A DNA stretch of 64,000 nucleotides from Chloroflexota bacterium. Lineage in GTDB: Bacteria; Chloroflexota; Dehalococcoidia; UBA2979. Shown piece after piece: positions 45,924 through 56,565 of this stretch. The translations under genes were made by a program, and so were the position numbers. Numbering within the stretch: position 1 is the stretch's first letter; each line of letters begins with the position of its first letter. The notes below the pieces were generated by a model. The model made no database searches, was not told where the DNA came from, and worked only from the letters and a program-made list of their open reading frames with translations. The DNA is taken from the NCBI GenBank assembly GCA_947499615.1, contig CANMOP010000009.1, forward strand, positions 7,993 through 71,992, given 5' to 3'.

Positions 45924-47834
45924 GTGATAGAGCATGCCGTTTTGCAGCAGGTGCGAGCGCTCCCCGAGCGCCCCGGCGTCTACATCATGCGAGACGCTCG
46001 AGGTGACGTGCTGTACGTCGGCAAAGCGACCAGTCTGCGCGCGCGTGTGCGCTCCTACTTCGGCTCCGGACGAAGCCTGGAGCCGAAGGTGCGCACGCTC
46101 GCGGAGTTGGTGGTCACCATCGACCACGTCCTGACGCGATCGCCGTCGGAGGCCTTGCTACTGGAGGCCACGCTCGTAAAGCGGCATCAGCCGCCGCACA
46201 ACGTCCGACTGAAGGACGACAAGCACTACCCGTACCTGAAGGTGGACGTGCAGAGCCCCTGGCCGCGCGTCACCATCACCCGGCGCGTGGAGCCGGACGG
46301 TGCGCGCTACTTCGGGCCGTACGCGTCGGCAGGCTCCGTGCGTCGAACGCTCGATGTGGTGAAGAAACTGTTCCCCTGGCGCTCCTGCACCAAGCAGATC
46401 ACCGGCACGGATCCGCGCCCCTGCCTTGATTACTACATCAAGCGCTGCATCGCGCCCTGCACTGCCTTCTGCACGAAGGAAGAGTACGATGAGGTGATCC
46501 ACCAGACGGTGCTGTTCCTGGAAGGGCGCAGCCACGAGGTGTTGGACCACGTAGAGAGTGAGATGCATCGCGCATCGGACGCGCTGCAGTTCGAGCGTGC
46601 GGCGACGTTGCGCGATCAGGCTGACGCGATTCGCCGCATCACCGAGCGGCAGCAGATGGCAACGACTGCGCCGCTGGACGCGGACGTGTTCGCGCTCGCG
46701 CGTGTCGGTACGGATGCGTGTGTGCAGGCGTTTTTCGTGCGTGGCACTGTCGTTGCGGACACCGACTCATTCCTCGTCGACGGCACGCAGGACGCATCCG
46801 ATGCCGACGTGCTGGGCGCCTTCCTCGCGCAGTACTTCGAGTCCGCCACGTATGTCCCGCGGAACATCCTGCTCTCGCAGCTACCTACCGACGTCGAGGA
46901 ATTGCAGGCCGCACTGCGGGAGCGGCGTGGCGGCGTGGTGGAGATCCGCGTGCCGGAACGCGGTGAGTTGCGAGGGCTGGTCGCGAGCGCCGAGGAGAAT
47001 GCGCGTTCCGCGCTGGCGACGTACCGCGTGCGCTGGCTGAACAACCGCGACCGTACCGAGGCTGCCCTCGCCGGGCTGGAGGCAGAGCTCGACCTCCCGG
47101 CACTGCCGCGCCGCATCGAGTGCTACGACATCTCGACAATCCAGGGCACGAACACCGTGGCCTCGATGGTCGTGTTCGAGGACGGTGCGCCGGCGACCGG
47201 AGAGTACCGCCGCTTCCGCATCAAGACCGTCGAAGGGCAGGACGATTTCGCCTCGATGCGTGAGGTGCTCACACGCCGCTTCGCAAGCATCGCGGCGCGG
47301 CGCGCGCGCGAGGCCGGGCGGCCGCCCGCCGATGACAGTCCGCCGACCGTCGCAGGCGACTCAGACGAAGCCGAGGATCTCGACGAGGTGGCGCCGTCCT
47401 CGTGGGACACCGTACCTGGCCTCGTGGTGATCGATGGCGGCAAGGGCCAACTGAGCGCGGCGTGCGATGTGATGCGCAACTATGCGCTGACGGACATCCC
47501 CGTCTGCGGCCTCGCCAAGCGCGAGGAAGAAGTGTTCATGCAGGACGTCGACGAGCCGATCATCCTGCCTCGCGACTCGCAAGCGCTCTACCTGCTGCAG
47601 CGCGTGCGCGACGAGGCTCACCGCTTCGCGATCACGTACCACCGCACGCTGCGCGGCAAAGGCGTGCGCGGCTCCGTGCTGGACGAGATTCCGGGGATCG
47701 GGCCGAAGCGCAAGCGCGCACTGCTCAAGAAGTTCGGTTCCGTGCGCGCGCTGCAGGATGCCTCGGTCGACGAGATCGCCACCACCGAGGGGTTCACTCG
47801 CCGCCTGGCAGAGACTGTAAAACGCTCGCTGTAG
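45924..47834 (+). CDS. uvrC: Excinuclease ABC subunit C
   Basis: 636-aa ORF with a GTG start. It has a GIY-YIG N-terminus (PGVYIMRDARGDVLYVGKATSLRARVRSYF), a UvrBC domain and a C-terminal (HhH)2 region. Confidence 0.97.
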   Translation: MIEHAVLQQVRALPERPGVYIMRDARGDVLYVGKATSLRARVRSYFGSGRSLEPKVRTLAELVVTIDHVLTRSPSEALLLEATLVKRHQPPHNVRLKDDKHYPYLKVDVQSPWPRVTITRRVEPDGARYFGPYASAGSVRRTLDVVKKLFPWRSCTKQITGTDPRPCLDYYIKRCIAPCTAFCTKEEYDEVIHQTVLFLEGRSHEVLDHVESEMHRASDALQFERAATLRDQADAIRRITERQQMATTAPLDADVFALARVGTDACVQAFFVRGTVVADTDSFLVDGTQDASDADVLGAFLAQYFESATYVPRNILLSQLPTDVEELQAALRERRGGVVEIRVPERGELRGLVASAEENARSALATYRVRWLNNRDRTEAALAGLEAELDLPALPRRIECYDISTIQGTNTVASMVVFEDGAPATGEYRRFRIKTVEGQDDFASMREVLTRRFASIAARRAREAGRPPADDSPPTVAGDSDEAEDLDEVAPSSWDTVPGLVVIDGGKGQLSAACDVMRNYALTDIPVCGLAKREEEVFMQDVDEPIILPRDSQALYLLQRVRDEAHRFAITYHRTLRGKGVRGSVLDEIPGIGPKRKRALLKKFGSVRALQDASVDEIATTEGFTRRLAETVKRSL

Positions 47835-47961
47835 CGAGACGATACGGTGCCGCGCACGCCGACAACGCGCACCCGCTGGCGTGTTGCCCAAGTTCCGGTC
47901 GTCGGCGAACCACCCTCGATCCCGGCTGCCTGACGCGCTCCACCTCGGGCATGCCGCGGTC

Positions 47962-47990
47962 TGGACAACGCCTCGGCGGCCCGCTATATA
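47962..47990 (+). promoter_or_regulatory. Sigma-70-like promoter candidate upstream of the recombinase gene
   Basis: TGGACA, a 17-nt spacer, then TATATA. An 8-bp inverted repeat (GCGGCCCG 47976-47983 / CGGGCCGC 47997-48004) brackets the -10 hexamer. Confidence 0.35.
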
Positions 47991-48076
47991 CTCGTCCGGG
48001 CCGCACGCGCTATGTAAAGTCCGAGGGCGATCGCACGGCGCCAGATCACGGTCGCGCCAGGTCAGGAGTGTCCCGA

Positions 48077-49066
48077 GTGGAGCAGCGGATCGAGGCCTTC
48101 CTCCATTACCTGTCTGCGGAGCGTGGCTCCTCGAAGAACACCATCGATGCGTATCGCAACGACCTGACGCGCTTCGAGGAGTTCGCAGCCAGCGAGGCGG
48201 CGAAGGCAGCACCGCCCAGCGACGCGACGCAGCCCTCGACCGACGCTGCGCAGCCCTCCGAGACCCCAATCGCGAACGGTCACCCCGGCGTGGATGTGCT
48301 GAGCCGCGATCTCATCACTGCCTACATCCTCTGGTTGCGGAACCCGCAGGAGCGCGCCTACGCGGCTGCCACCGTCGCCCGCAAGGTCGCAGCGGTGAAG
48401 TCGTTCTGCGCCTTCCTGCTGGATCACGGCGACATCACGTCCAACCCGACCGCTTCCATCGACTCGCCGCACGCGCCGAAGCGTGTGCCGCGGCCGATGA
48501 GCACCGCCGATGTGGACGCGCTACTGCGCGAGCCGGTCAAGCACGGTACACCCGAGGCAATCCGCGACGCGGCGATGCTGGAACTGATGTACGCCACCGG
48601 AATGCGCGTGACGGAACTGGTCTCCCTCAACGTCGACAGCCTGCACCTCGATCCACCGCCGGCCTACGTTCGCTGCCTGGGCAAAGGCGCGAAGGAACGC
48701 AGCCTCCCGGTCTACGAGCAGGCCGTACGCGCCATTGAGCGCTACCTGGACGAGTCACGCGCGGCGCTCGTGAAGGACAGACCGCAGGGCGCACTCTTCG
48801 CCAACCGTCGAGGTGAGCGGCTCACGCGGCAGGGGTTCTGGCTGATCCTGAAGGGCTACGCGAAGTCGGCGGGCATCGAAGCACACGTCACGCCGCACAC
48901 ACTGCGCCACTCCTTCGCGACGCACATGCTCCGAGGCGGTGCATCCGTCCGCGACGTGCAGGAGCTGCTGGGCCACGCAAACGTCTCCACCACGCAGGTG
49001 TACACGCAGCTCGCCGACTCGCATCTCCGCGATGTCTACGCGGACGCTCACCCGCGCGCGCACTGA
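48077..49066 (+). CDS. Site-specific tyrosine recombinase, XerC/XerD family
   Basis: The GTG at 48077 is preceded by AGGAG at an 8-nt spacing. The N-terminus is SAM-like (IEAFLHYLSAERGSSKNTIDAYRNDL). The catalytic region reads ATGMRVTEL...HTLRHSFATHML..LLGHANVSTTQVYT. A low-complexity insert lies after the first helix. Confidence 0.9.
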   Translation: MEQRIEAFLHYLSAERGSSKNTIDAYRNDLTRFEEFAASEAAKAAPPSDATQPSTDAAQPSETPIANGHPGVDVLSRDLITAYILWLRNPQERAYAAATVARKVAAVKSFCAFLLDHGDITSNPTASIDSPHAPKRVPRPMSTADVDALLREPVKHGTPEAIRDAAMLELMYATGMRVTELVSLNVDSLHLDPPPAYVRCLGKGAKERSLPVYEQAVRAIERYLDESRAALVKDRPQGALFANRRGERLTRQGFWLILKGYAKSAGIEAHVTPHTLRHSFATHMLRGGASVRDVQELLGHANVSTTQVYTQLADSHLRDVYADAHPRAH

Positions 49067-49094
49067 ACTCCACACTCTGGCCCATACGCTGACC

Positions 49095-49132
49095 CACACA
49101 GAACGGGCGCCGATGGGGGCCCGTTCTGTGTG
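49095..49132. terminator. Bidirectional hairpin between convergent recombinase gene and Ig-like protein gene
   Basis: A 14-bp perfect stem (CACACAGAACGGGC / GCCCGTTCTGTGTG) with a 10-nt loop. Confidence 0.6.
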
Positions 49133-49170
49133 CTCGCCAACTGAGGCGGCAGGCTCGTCCGCTACGCGTG

Positions 49171-49599
49171 CTACTCGTCTGGCGAATCGACGTAGATCTG
49201 AGTGGTCGGTACCTTCGGCGCAACCACGGCGGCGGGAGCGTTCGGGTCGGTCACGTCGATGGTTACGCGGCCGACCGCCATATCGTCGGTGTCATCAGTC
49301 ACGCCAATCGTGATCGGGACGCTGGACGCGGCGGTCGGAACGCCACTGATCACGCCGGTACGCACGTCGAGGCTGAGACCCGCCGGGAGCTGCCCCATGA
49401 CGGTGCCCCAGGACTCGCCGCCGCTGCCACCGACATCGGTCAGTGTCGCGGTGTACGGCTGTCCAACCACCGCAACCGGCAGCGCCTCCAGCGTGATCGC
49501 GTGGTCGACACCCGCAGCAAAGGCGCTGCCCGGCAGCGCGATCGAGGCCAGCGCCACGAGTCCTACGCCAATGCTGCCAATCGACTTCTTGAGTTCCAT
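49171..49599 (-). CDS. Secreted protein with a putative Ig-like (He_PIG-type) domain
   Basis: An internal ATG at 49599 is preceded by AGGAGG. A signal peptide (MELKKSIGSIGVGLVALASIALPGSAFA) is followed by LPVAVVGQPYTATL..GQLPAGLSLDVRTGVISGVPT, the putative-Ig-domain pattern. Confidence 0.65.
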   Translation of the reverse strand: MELKKSIGSIGVGLVALASIALPGSAFAAGVDHAITLEALPVAVVGQPYTATLTDVGGSGGESWGTVMGQLPAGLSLDVRTGVISGVPTAASSVPITIGVTDDTDDMAVGRVTIDVTDPNAPAAVVAPKVPTTQIYVDSPDE

Positions 49600-49662
49600 C
49601 AGAAACCTCCTGAACCGGGCGGGGCCAATCCCGCGCCCAACACAGGACACGTTAACGCGTCA

Positions 49663-49691
49663 TTGCTGATGAATTGTTACGCATCTATAAA
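49663..49691 (+). promoter_or_regulatory. Sigma-70-like promoter candidate upstream of eno
   Basis: TTGCTG, a 17-nt spacer, then TATAAA, in a locally AT-richer divergent intergenic region about 80 nt upstream of the eno ATG. Confidence 0.4.
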
Positions 49692-49764
49692 CTATCAGGC
49701 CTGACGACGCATTCGTAATCACTCCCCCGGTACGCCCGCACCTCGTAGCATGTGCGCGCGATGA

Positions 49765-51060
<1,296 letters not shown>

Positions 51061-51110
51061 CGGTGCCACCAATCGCACTGCACCCTGTGCCGGTTGCGGC
51101 TCACGTCAGC

Positions 51111-51139
51111 GCGCGCGGGGCTCGACGCTCCCCGCGCGC
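51111..51139 (+). terminator. Hairpin terminator candidate after eno
   Basis: A 10-bp perfect GC stem (GCGCGCGGGG / CCCCGCGCGC) with a 9-nt loop, about 50 nt after the eno stop. Confidence 0.4.
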
Positions 51140-51178
51140 CATCGAGGGGGCCCACCGCCCGTTCGAGATGTGGCCCGC

Positions 51179-52096
51179 ATGACCGGACCACGTGACGCTG
51201 CCGAAAGCGAGATGCCTATCCTCGACCCGCCGCAGCGCGTCTCCGGGATGCGCGTCCCGGACGCGGAGGGCTGGCGTCTGCCCGGCAAGCCCGCGGGCCT
51301 CGCGCCCGATGCCGAGGACGCCTGGCGTCAGACCGGCTTCCTGCTGTCGGACGACATCCAACTGATCGAGGCTGCGGCGAGGCTTCAGCTCCGACTCGCC
51401 GTGACCGGCTACACGCCGGCGGCACGCACGATGACAATGGCGGCGTACGCCTCGCTCTGGAGCCGGACGTTCTCCAGCCTCCACGACGCGACCAGCCTGG
51501 TGCAGCGGGGTGCGTACCAATCGGCGCTGCCTCTGCTGCGCATGGCGGTGGAGCACATCGCGGCACAGGCCCAGCTCCCGGACGAACTCGACGCCTTCAA
51601 GGCGTGGGCGCACAGCGCGTATGGGCACCACGCCCCCACTCGCTCGGAGGAAGTAGGACTCGGCCACTATTTCGCTGGCGAGGCCATCGCGGCGGATGAG
51701 CACCTGCGGCTGATCTACCGCGCCGCCTCCGACCTGGGGCGGCCAAACTTCGGGCCCACCGCGCTGTTCGTGGCGGCCGAGGCCTCACACCAGCGCTATC
51801 CGCTGATGTTCGACGACGCCGCGTTCCACCTCGGGTGGGCGCAACTCATCCTCGGCTGGGTGCTCCGCCTCGGCGCGAAGCAGCTGCACGTCGCGATGCA
51901 CCAGCGCGAGCAATTCCCGGCGCCCCAGCCGCTGCGGGACGAGGTAGTCGCCCACGTCGCCAGAGTGGACGCCGGGCTCGCCGAGGATGGCCGCTGCCAC
52001 CTCGAAGAATTCGTGGACGACGAGGCGAGACGCCGGCACCTGCTGGTGGACTTCCGCCGCCAGCCACCGGACGCCGCGAAGCGCATCCTGCTGTAG
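51179..52096 (+). CDS. Hypothetical all-alpha protein (possible HEPN/DUF5677-like)
   Basis: An internal ATG at 51179, or alternatively 51212, in the 361-aa ORF. Third codon positions are G/C-rich. The segment LVQRGAYQSALPLLRMAVEHIAAQ contains an Rx4H motif. I recognise no enzymatic motif. Confidence 0.6.
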   Translation: MTGPRDAAESEMPILDPPQRVSGMRVPDAEGWRLPGKPAGLAPDAEDAWRQTGFLLSDDIQLIEAAARLQLRLAVTGYTPAARTMTMAAYASLWSRTFSSLHDATSLVQRGAYQSALPLLRMAVEHIAAQAQLPDELDAFKAWAHSAYGHHAPTRSEEVGLGHYFAGEAIAADEHLRLIYRAASDLGRPNFGPTALFVAAEASHQRYPLMFDDAAFHLGWAQLILGWVLRLGAKQLHVAMHQREQFPAPQPLRDEVVAHVARVDAGLAEDGRCHLEEFVDDEARRRHLLVDFRRQPPDAAKRILL

Positions 52097-52123
52097 CTCC
52101 CGGAACCTCGACCCAGCCCCCAT

Positions 52124-52152
52124 CTGGCACTGGGCCGCAACGGCGCTACAAT
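52124..52152 (+). promoter_or_regulatory. Sigma-70-like promoter candidate upstream of gap
   Basis: CTGGCA, a 17-nt spacer, then TACAAT, about 57 nt upstream of the gap ATG. Confidence 0.3.
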
Positions 52153-52208
52153 CCCCTTGCATATTCCCCGTAGCCGGACGCCTAGGAACCCCTCAGGAGA
52201 AGCGAGAG

Positions 52209-53231
52209 ATGGCGAAGAAGCTCCGAGTTGGCATCAACGGTCTGGGCCGCACCGGTCGCCAGACGGTACGCGCGTGGTGGGATCGCCACCGCGATGACTG
52301 GGATCTGGTGGCCATCAACGGTCGCTCAGACGTGGCCATGCACACGCACCTGCTTCGCTACGACAGCGACTACGGGCGCTTCCCCGCGGAGATTGAGGAC
52401 GGCAAGGACTCGTTCGCGATCGGCGGGCGGGAGGTGCGCGTCTTCGCGCAGGACGACCCCTCGCAGATCGATTGGAACAGCGTCGGCGTCGACGTCGTGA
52501 TCGAGTCGACCGGTGAGTTCGAGACGCGCGAGGCTGCGGCGATGCACCTGCGCGGCAGCGTGAAGAAGGTGGTGATCTCCGCCCCCGGTAAGAACGAGGA
52601 CTGGACCGTCATCATGGGCGTGAACCACCTCGACTACGATCCGGCGCGGCACCACGTCATCAGCAACGGCTCCTGCACCACCAACTGTGTGGTGCCGATG
52701 GTGAAGGTGCTGCACGACGCGTTCGGCGTGCGCCGTGGGTTCATGACCACCATCCACTCCTACACACGCGACCAGAACCTTGTCGACGCGAAGCACCGCG
52801 ACCTGCGGCGAGCACGTGCAGCGGCGATGAACATCATCCCCACGTCCACCGGCGCCGCTCGCTCCATTGGCCTGGTGATCCCGGAATTGCAGGGGAAGAT
52901 GAACGGCATCGCGTACCGCGTGCCCACCCCCACGGTGTCGGTCGTCGACCTGGTCACCGACCTGGAGCAGACAGCGTCCAGCGGCGCAATCAACGAGGCG
53001 TTCCTCGCGGCCGCAGAAGGCCCGATGAAGGGCTTCCTGTACTTCGAGAAGAGCGAGTTGGTCTCCAGCGACTTCCGCGCCCACCCGGCGTCGGCGATCT
53101 TCGACTCGCCATCGACGATGGTGCTGGACGGCGACATGGTGAAGACCATGGGCTGGTACGACAACGAGTACGGCTACGCCTGCCGCATCACCGACCTGGT
53201 CACGTTCATGGGCGAGCGCGGGCTCGAATAG
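52209..53231 (+). CDS. gap: Type I glyceraldehyde-3-phosphate dehydrogenase
   Basis: An internal ATG at 52209 is preceded by AGGAG. The N-terminus is MAKKLRVGINGLGRTGR, the active site reads SNGSCTTNC, and WYDNEYGY lies near the C-terminus. Confidence 0.97.
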   Translation: MAKKLRVGINGLGRTGRQTVRAWWDRHRDDWDLVAINGRSDVAMHTHLLRYDSDYGRFPAEIEDGKDSFAIGGREVRVFAQDDPSQIDWNSVGVDVVIESTGEFETREAAAMHLRGSVKKVVISAPGKNEDWTVIMGVNHLDYDPARHHVISNGSCTTNCVVPMVKVLHDAFGVRRGFMTTIHSYTRDQNLVDAKHRDLRRARAAAMNIIPTSTGAARSIGLVIPELQGKMNGIAYRVPTPTVSVVDLVTDLEQTASSGAINEAFLAAAEGPMKGFLYFEKSELVSSDFRAHPASAIFDSPSTMVLDGDMVKTMGWYDNEYGYACRITDLVTFMGERGLE

Positions 53232-53252
53232 CATGCGCGGCGGCGAGCAGCG

Positions 53253-53908
53253 ATGAACGGCCGACGCGGCCTTGTCGTGATCCTGCTCGCCGCGATCGCA
53301 CTGCTCGCGAGTTGCTCCACGGGTGTCGGGGCGCCACCAGTCGTCACCACCTCGACAGCTGTCGCGACTGCCACTCCGCCGTCTCGGGCGACCGCCACCG
53401 TCACGCTGGTGCCATCCGCTTCCTCGACGGCTCCCCCCGCCGCGTCACCAACGGCGATACCGCCCCCCACTGCGCCCGCCTCCACGCCACCCGCACCGGC
53501 AGCACCGACGGCCGCGCCCGTAACTCCGACAGTAGGCACCACGCCCGCCGTCACGCCGCCCCCATCACCAGCACCCAGCCCAACGCCGACCCTGGCCGCA
53601 GGTCGCAAGCGAGTGCTGGCGCCCATCGACAAGTTGGAGGTGCGTCTGGCGGAATCGCAGCCGGTGCAGGTGTTCGTGGATATCACCAGCGGCTTCCCGG
53701 TGGCTGCGCGCGATTCGACCACTACACGGTGGAACGCTCCGGCTTCACCATCGCCATCGCGGTGTGGAACACCATGCCTGCGACGGACGGTCCGTGTACG
53801 ACGATCTACGGGTACGTACCGCACAGCATCGCGCTCGGCTCCGGGTTCCAGGCGGGCACATACCTCGTCCGCGCGAACGACGTCACAACAACATTCGCCG
53901 TGCGCTAG
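53253..53908 (+). pseudogene. Lipoprotein with Pro/Thr/Ala-rich linker and C-terminal beta domain, frameshifted (1-nt deletion near 53694)
   Basis: - The frame-0 ORF begins with a lipobox signal peptide (MNGRRGLVVILLAAIALLASCS) and reads naturally up to ...QVFVDITSG.
- After that point it turns Arg/Ser-rich.
- The natural continuation lies in the ORF 53312-53908: LPGGCARFDHYTVERSGFTIAIAVWNTMPATDGPCTTIYGYVPHSIALGSGFQAGTYLVRANDVTTTFAVR. Confidence 0.7.
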
Positions 53909-54024
53909 CCGGGGAACGTGGCGCGAGGGACTTTCCACGAACAGCAATCCGCCGTATAACGCTTCGAGACGAGGCGCGTCAGACGAAGCGCCTCAGGCCT
54001 GCTTAAGCAGGGAGGGGGAGTGTT

Positions 54025-55266
54025 ATGCCAGCATCGCTACCAGGGGCCGGAGCCCGGCCACTTGAGGGCATCCGTGTCGTGGACTTCTCCTGGATCGTCG
54101 CGGGACCGCAGTGCACGCGCATCCTCGCCGACCTCGGCGCCGACGTGATTCGCGTGGAGAACGAGTCGTATCTGGACTCCATGCGCTCCGGGATGCAGGT
54201 CTATCCGGACCGACCGTCCTACAGCGGCTCCGGGATGTTCAACAACATGAACCGGAACAAGCGCAGCATCACCGCCAACGTCTGGCACCCGGGCGGGCGC
54301 ACGATGGTGGAGAAGTTGATCGCGCAGGCCGACGTCGTGATCGAGAACTTCAGTGCCGGCGCCTTCGAGCGCATGGGCTTCGGCATGGAGCACCTCAAAG
54401 AGCTCAACCCCAACATCATCTACATCTCGATCTCGGGCTTCGGCCACGCGGGGATCGACACCACGTACATCACGTGGGGCCCGACCGCGCAGGCGATCTC
54501 CGGTAGCACCTTTATGTCCGGCCAGGCCGACCTGCCGCCGGCCGGATGGGGCTACTCCTACCTGGACCACACGGCGGGCTACTACGGCGCGATCGGTCTG
54601 CTGATGGGGTTGTTCCACCGAAGCCGCACCGGCGAGGGCCAGTACATCGACGTCGCACAGTGCGAGACGGGCATGATGATGGGCGGCATCGCCATGCTGG
54701 ACTACCAGGTGAACGGTCGGAAGTACGAGCGCATCGGTAACCACTCTCGATGGCCAGCGATCGCGCCGCACAACGTCTACCGGTGCGCGGGCGACGATCG
54801 ATGGATCGCCATCTCCGCCGAGACAGACGACCAGTGGCTCGCGCTGTGCGAGGTGCTGGACGCGGATGAATTGGCAGCCGACCCGTTGTTCGCGACCAAC
54901 CTCGGCCGGGTGGACGCGCAAGACGCGCTGGACGCGGCGATCGATGCGTTGACCCGCAAGTGGGACACGCGCGAGTTGATGTACCTGCTCCAGTCGAACG
55001 GTGTTGCAGCCGGCACGGCGCAGACCACCGAAGACAAAATGGAGCACGACCCGCAGCACGCGGCGCGTGAGTTCTACCCGATGGCACCTCACTCGTACCT
55101 CGGCGACCGGCGCTTCGAGGGGCTGCCCATGCGCTTCTCTCGCTCCAAGTGGGAGGTCGTAAACGGTGCCCCCGGTTTGGGCGAGCACACACATGCAGTC
55201 ATGGAACAGCTCCTGGGCTACACCGCCGAGGAGATCGCAGCCCTTGCGGCGGAGGTGGCGATTTGA
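54025..55266 (+). CDS. Family III CoA-transferase (CaiB/BaiF type)
   Basis: 413-aa ORF with the typical family N-terminus LEGIRVVDFSWIVAGPQCTRILADLGADVIRVE. Confidence 0.9.
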   Translation: MPASLPGAGARPLEGIRVVDFSWIVAGPQCTRILADLGADVIRVENESYLDSMRSGMQVYPDRPSYSGSGMFNNMNRNKRSITANVWHPGGRTMVEKLIAQADVVIENFSAGAFERMGFGMEHLKELNPNIIYISISGFGHAGIDTTYITWGPTAQAISGSTFMSGQADLPPAGWGYSYLDHTAGYYGAIGLLMGLFHRSRTGEGQYIDVAQCETGMMMGGIAMLDYQVNGRKYERIGNHSRWPAIAPHNVYRCAGDDRWIAISAETDDQWLALCEVLDADELAADPLFATNLGRVDAQDALDAAIDALTRKWDTRELMYLLQSNGVAAGTAQTTEDKMEHDPQHAAREFYPMAPHSYLGDRRFEGLPMRFSRSKWEVVNGAPGLGEHTHAVMEQLLGYTAEEIAALAAEVAI

Positions 55267-56516
55267 CCGGGGCACTGGACGGCATCCGCATCCTGGAGAT
55301 TGGCGACCGTGGCGAACAGGCCGGCCGACTGCTGGCCGACGCCGGCGCCGACGTGATCCGCATTGAGCCCGTAGAGGGCTCCTATGGCCGACGGCAGGGC
55401 CCGTTCGTGGGCGACCGCCCCGGTTCGGAGCGCTCGCTGCACCACGCGTACATGAACGCCAACAAGCGCGGGATCACGCTGGACCCGTCCACTGGTGACG
55501 GCGCTGAGCTCTGGCGTCGGCTCGTCGAGGGCGCGGATGTCGTCATCGACAGCTACCCGCCCGGCTTCCTGGACAGCATCGACTGCGGACCGGAAGTGTT
55601 CGCGCCGCTGTTCATCGAGGGTCGTCTGGTGTGGTGCGCCATCACGCCGTTCGGACTGACCGGCCCGTGGAAGGACTGGGAAGCCACCGACCTCACCAGC
55701 ATCGCGCTGGGCGGGCCGATGATGAGCACCGGCTACGACGATCACGACCTGCCGCCGATCCGCCCGGACGGTGAGCACTCGCTCTGGATGGCTGGCGAGC
55801 ACGCCGCTATGGGCATCCTGGCCGCGCTGATCGAGCGCGAGCAGTCTGGCCTCGGGCAGTTGGTGGACGTTTCCGTCCACGAGGCGGTCAGCGTCACGAC
55901 CGAGGGGGCGTTCCCGAACTGGGAGTACAAGCAGGCGCTGGTGCAACGCCAGACCGGTCGCCACTCCTCACCCACCATCACGGCCCGGTGGCAGTTCCAG
56001 GGATCCGATGGCGGATACGTGAACCTCATGGGCGGCGGCGTGCCGCGTACTCGAGGCAACTGGAAAGAGCTGATGGACTGGCTCAACGAGTTCAACGCCG
56101 CAGCCGACCTCGAAGACCCGAAGTACGAGGCGGCCGTCCACTCCGACCCGATGCAGGCGACGGTGGAGCGTGCACGCATCTCAGAGGTCATCGGCGCGTT
56201 CATCCAGACGCGGCCATCGGAGGAAGTCTACCGCCGCGGTCAGAGCCTGCACCTCCCGTGGGCGGTGATCCGTCCGCCGGAGGACAACCTGTCCGACCCG
56301 CACTGGGAGGCTCGCGGATTCTGGGCGAAGACCCACATTCCGGAGCACGACAGCGAGGTTCGCTTCCCGCTGGGGCCGTACAAGATGAGCGCCACGCCGC
56401 TGGAGCTGCGTCGACGTGCTCCGCTGCTGGGCGAGCACAACACGGAGGTATACGGCGGTGAGCTCGGGCTGGAGGCTCGCCAGCTCATCGTGCTTGCGGG
56501 GCAAGCCGCGATCTAG
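55263..56516 (+). CDS. Family III CoA-transferase (CaiB/BaiF type), second paralog
   Basis: A TTG at 55263 overlaps the upstream stop as TTGA and is preceded by GGAGGTG. The N-terminus is LDGIRILEIGDRGEQAGRLLADAGADVIRIE. The part of the ORF track entry upstream of this start overlaps the previous gene. Confidence 0.88.
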   Translation: MTGALDGIRILEIGDRGEQAGRLLADAGADVIRIEPVEGSYGRRQGPFVGDRPGSERSLHHAYMNANKRGITLDPSTGDGAELWRRLVEGADVVIDSYPPGFLDSIDCGPEVFAPLFIEGRLVWCAITPFGLTGPWKDWEATDLTSIALGGPMMSTGYDDHDLPPIRPDGEHSLWMAGEHAAMGILAALIEREQSGLGQLVDVSVHEAVSVTTEGAFPNWEYKQALVQRQTGRHSSPTITARWQFQGSDGGYVNLMGGGVPRTRGNWKELMDWLNEFNAAADLEDPKYEAAVHSDPMQATVERARISEVIGAFIQTRPSEEVYRRGQSLHLPWAVIRPPEDNLSDPHWEARGFWAKTHIPEHDSEVRFPLGPYKMSATPLELRRRAPLLGEHNTEVYGGELGLEARQLIVLAGQAAI

Positions 56517-56539
56517 CGCACGTCCCTCGGCTCAACATT

Positions 56540-56565
56540 GGAGGGCGCCGACATCGGCGCCCTCC
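56540..56565 (+). terminator. Hairpin terminator candidate after the CoA-transferase pair
   Basis: A 10-bp stem (GGAGGGCGCC / GGCGCCCTCC) with a 6-nt loop, 24 nt after the stop. Confidence 0.55.

Noticed and set aside
48077-49066. The tyrosine recombinase as a marker of an integrated mobile element
   Set aside because: It has XerC/D-type catalytic motifs and sits among core genes (uvrC, eno). It has no adjacent tRNA, flanking direct repeats, phage or conjugation genes, and no compositional shift.
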